From Acanthaster planci (taxonomy: Eukaryota), in contig NW_019091355.1 in NCBI RefSeq assembly GCF_001949145.1, positions 3,330,646 through 3,394,645 of the forward strand: a DNA stretch of 64,000 nucleotides. Direction: 5' to 3'. The position numbers and the translations under genes are program-made. Within the stretch, counting starts at the first letter, position 1. The number at the start of each line of letters is the position of its first letter. This document shows, one piece after another, positions 60,861 through 64,000 of the stretch. The notes beneath the pieces are model-generated. The model worked only from the letters and a program-made list of their open reading frames with translations, was not told the DNA's origin and did not search any database.

Positions 60861-61567
60861 CTGTTAAAATGAAGAAAATATTACAAACACGGCAAGAATC
60901 GCGTTTATTTATTTACATGATTCCTTTTTTAATCATCATTTTCCTGGAGGAATAAGCATGTACAGTGCAGTTCAACCACTTCCCAGATTATACATTTAAG
61001 TCTATCACACAGTAAGTCCTTTCAAAAGGCCAGTCACAAGTAACAGGGTAAGAAATGACAAAAGAACGCTTTTGCCACAGCTCATTTGAATTTCTTGTGA
61101 CTTGGCTCAAGACCAAATGACTTGTGATGGACTTTTGTTCCAAAATAAACCAGCAACAATACTGCACAAATTATTGGTGATAGTCTGCATCCTGATTCCG
61201 GGCAGTAAAAAAGAAACACTGAAATCCACAAATTTCTTCCCAAAATAAAATGCCTATTACATATGGGACATGGTGTGAAAGAAACGGTGGACTTGCCCAG
61301 AAACAAAGCCTTCTTTGGTTCATAAATAAAAGTTGGCCTAACTATGAAAGAGGAAAATATGGGTGACTGGATTCACTTGGTGAGCCTCCAGAGAGAGGTG
61401 AAAGTCCTGCAGTGTATACTATGTTGACAAAAAGACAATATCCCTTCCGTTTAATCAGATGTATTCAAGTTCCATTTGAAACACCTGATGGCAACCATCC
61501 CTTTCCTTTTTTTCATTCCTATTTTTTTCTTTGAGCAACTTGCACTATATCAAGTGATATTATCACT

Positions 61568-61790
61568 TAGGGGAGCGGGTTAGCGAAGCGTTTCTTTCCT
61601 CGCTTTGCAACAGTGAGGCCCAGGTTTAAGTCCCGGCTTGGCCCAGGCTTTAACTGCATATGGTTTCCAGTCCATGCGCAGGTTTTCTCGGGGTACTCCG
61701 GTTTCCTCCCGCCTCTAAAACTGTACCTTCTTCCTAACTCAATAGGGACCCCGTTGGAAATAAGTTGCAAAACTGTCAATAAATCCAATC
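61568..61790 (+). mobile_element. tRNA-derived SINE with V-SINE-type conserved core
   Basis: Degenerate B box CAGGTTTAAGTCCCGG and the hallmark GGTTTTCTCGGGGTACTCCGGTTTCCTCCC. Confidence 0.75.
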
Positions 61791-64000
61791 CAATCAACAC
61801 TTAAACGAAGACAAATGTTAGCGCAAATTTCTTTTCTTGTACATGTAGCTTAAAGGGCTCAAGGAAAAGACTTTAAGCACAATCCTTGAAACGATCTTTA
61901 CACTCTAGTAATCTTGATTTTGTGAGTAGCCAAAAACACTTGACACAGGGTTAGATTTTGATGGTGGTTTTTATTTGGCATTTTGCCAATCATTTTGAAA
62001 GTCATAGAAGCTTGGTCACATACAAGTATGTACATGAAGCCAAGTGTGGATTGGGGGGGGGGTTAACAAAGCAATGTCCCTCCCCCCAAAAAAAAATATT
62101 TTGAAAAATAATGAAAGGGCAATTTTTGTCTTTTTTTCATTTCCCTTCCTTCAAAAAACAGTTGAAAAGCTTCGAAATGTAGCCTTATCCCTAAGACCGG
62201 CCAGAAAAGATTACATGAAGACAAAAAATTCACACTTTTTGTCCCCTTCCCCCCCCCCCAAAAAAAACACCCCAAGTTTGGCCCCCCCTGTCTGGTTCTG
62301 GATCTCCCCTAGCATGTACCCTACACAGTACATGAGCCAACTGTAGACTCATGCTTTCTGTACCATTCACAAGAAGTCATTATAAATGCATGCCTCATGC
62401 ATAAAGCCACATTGTGTAAAAACTGCTTCAGCCGGCGATAAGAATGAAAGTCACTGCCCGCAAGGCATGGGCCCCATAAAAGGCTTTACAATCAGTGCTA
62501 AAAATACCTCACGGCAACACAGAACCTCCAGGTGGTTCACAGAAATATCTTTACTTTTCCATGTCCTTATCAGACTCAAGCGCAGCCCAGATTCCATGTT
62601 GCTGATGCATGTGTACGTACATGTACATGCAAGTTGTTTTGAAGGCACATACGCACTGTACATGTACCATGTGATTTATTAACACACAGAATTTAATCAG
62701 GGGTGAAGGGTCAACGTGGGTATCACTTGTGTTCTATCAAACTTTAGTACATGAACATGTATCAGGTTCGGTACTTCAGTCCTATACAAAACAATCAGAT
62801 CTACATGTCAGATCAGGATGTGAACCTAGCACTTCTGACTTGTTTGTGCTTATGCCGAGTGACGTCTTTTGCGGTTTGGGGCTTTTTTAATCTTAGTGCA
62901 AAACAGTGATAGCATTCAGTACCAAAAGACAACACTGTAAATATGAAAGATTATATCTTTCTTGAACACAAATTTATCTGTTGAAAGCTTTGTTTACATA
63001 TACATTGAAATATTTAACAACAAAACCCTTCACGGGTGATGGAGAAACCAGGAAACATTAATCATGTTTCGCAAAATTTGTATTTCTGTAAAACCAAATT
63101 GTGTCTGTTTGCATAGTTACTTTTGTCTTATAAAGGTTTAACATTAAAACTTCCTATGAGTTTATTTTCCATCAAGGTGATTTTTATTTATATCATGTTT
63201 CACATCCGGACAGGCATGTTCCTTGCCAACTGTTTGTCAAACTTCCATGGCTTGACAGCCTTGCTTCATTCCACATCCGACACTAAATAAAATGGCTCAG
63301 AACAAAGTGTTGGTCATCCGCAAACAATCAAAAAGTACTAGAAAATTCTGCAAGTCAAAACCAGGGTTGTTGATTTTTCAATTTTTTAAATTTAAGTTAA
63401 AAAAAATTCGGATTTATTCATTTCAATCAGATTTTTTATTTCAATCGGATTTTGTTATTTCAATAAAATTGGAGACAAGCTGGCCCTACTATCTGTTTAA
63501 ATCAGCAATCCCTGGTCAAAGTCCAAGGAGGGGAAATTGGGTTTATCTTGGGATCCACTACACAGGTAGAAACTTCAATCCACAGGGAAAGTCTTTTACC
63601 CTGTGCGAGTACACGTGCGTTTTCCTAACTACACAGTTTTGGGTATCTCTCCGAGTACAATAGTTACCACAGGATTCCAACAAATTTGTATGCCTAAAAC
63701 TGTACTAGGACACGTACGTAAATGAACAATCTTTCTCTACACTACTAGGCTTCCAAAAGATTTTGTTTTGCCTTGCAAACAATATCTCAACTCCAACTGT
63801 ATTTACTTCCAATCTACAAGTGCAAGTACAGTACACACAATGCCTTACTCTTGTATTAAGAGCCTGTATGTGTACACATGTACTATTCTGTCCAGGAACT
63901 TTACAATTGGTCAAAATAATTATCTGAAGTTAAGGCCAGATAAGGTGACCTGATGTTGACCAGTGACCCTGATCTTTTATTACATTGCCTTGGGCTGGTG

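Overview
Animal (probably marine invertebrate) genomic DNA with GT-AG spliced genes and three assembly gaps (15612-15786, 18547-18651, 37432-37937). Four protein-coding genes were reconstructed by hand: the 3' part of FRAS1 (+, 8 exons), a complete S-adenosylmethionine synthase MAT (-, 9 exons, 395 aa), a complete UBXN8 (+, 8 exons, about 306 aa, head-to-head with MAT), and MOB1 (-, 4 exons, first micro-exon not found in the window). Between FRAS1 and MAT lies a ~10.6 kb segment (10507-21123) bounded by CACTG...CAGTG termini, ~400 bp degenerate inverted repeats and a TG flanking duplication. It carries a decayed, intron-retaining copy of the last two NKAP exons, so it looks like a gene-capturing CACTA/EnSpm-type (Pack-TIR) element, itself hit by an RTE LINE, SINEs, a Tc1-like element and MITEs. 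The MAT pre-mRNA shows RNA stems at the intron-2 3' splice site, inside intron 2, and in the last intron. These are the positions where SAM feedback acts on splicing in nematodes and vertebrates, yet no METTL16 nonamer was seen on the sense strand. All calls are by eye from the sequence and recalled family knowledge; no searches or folding programs were run.
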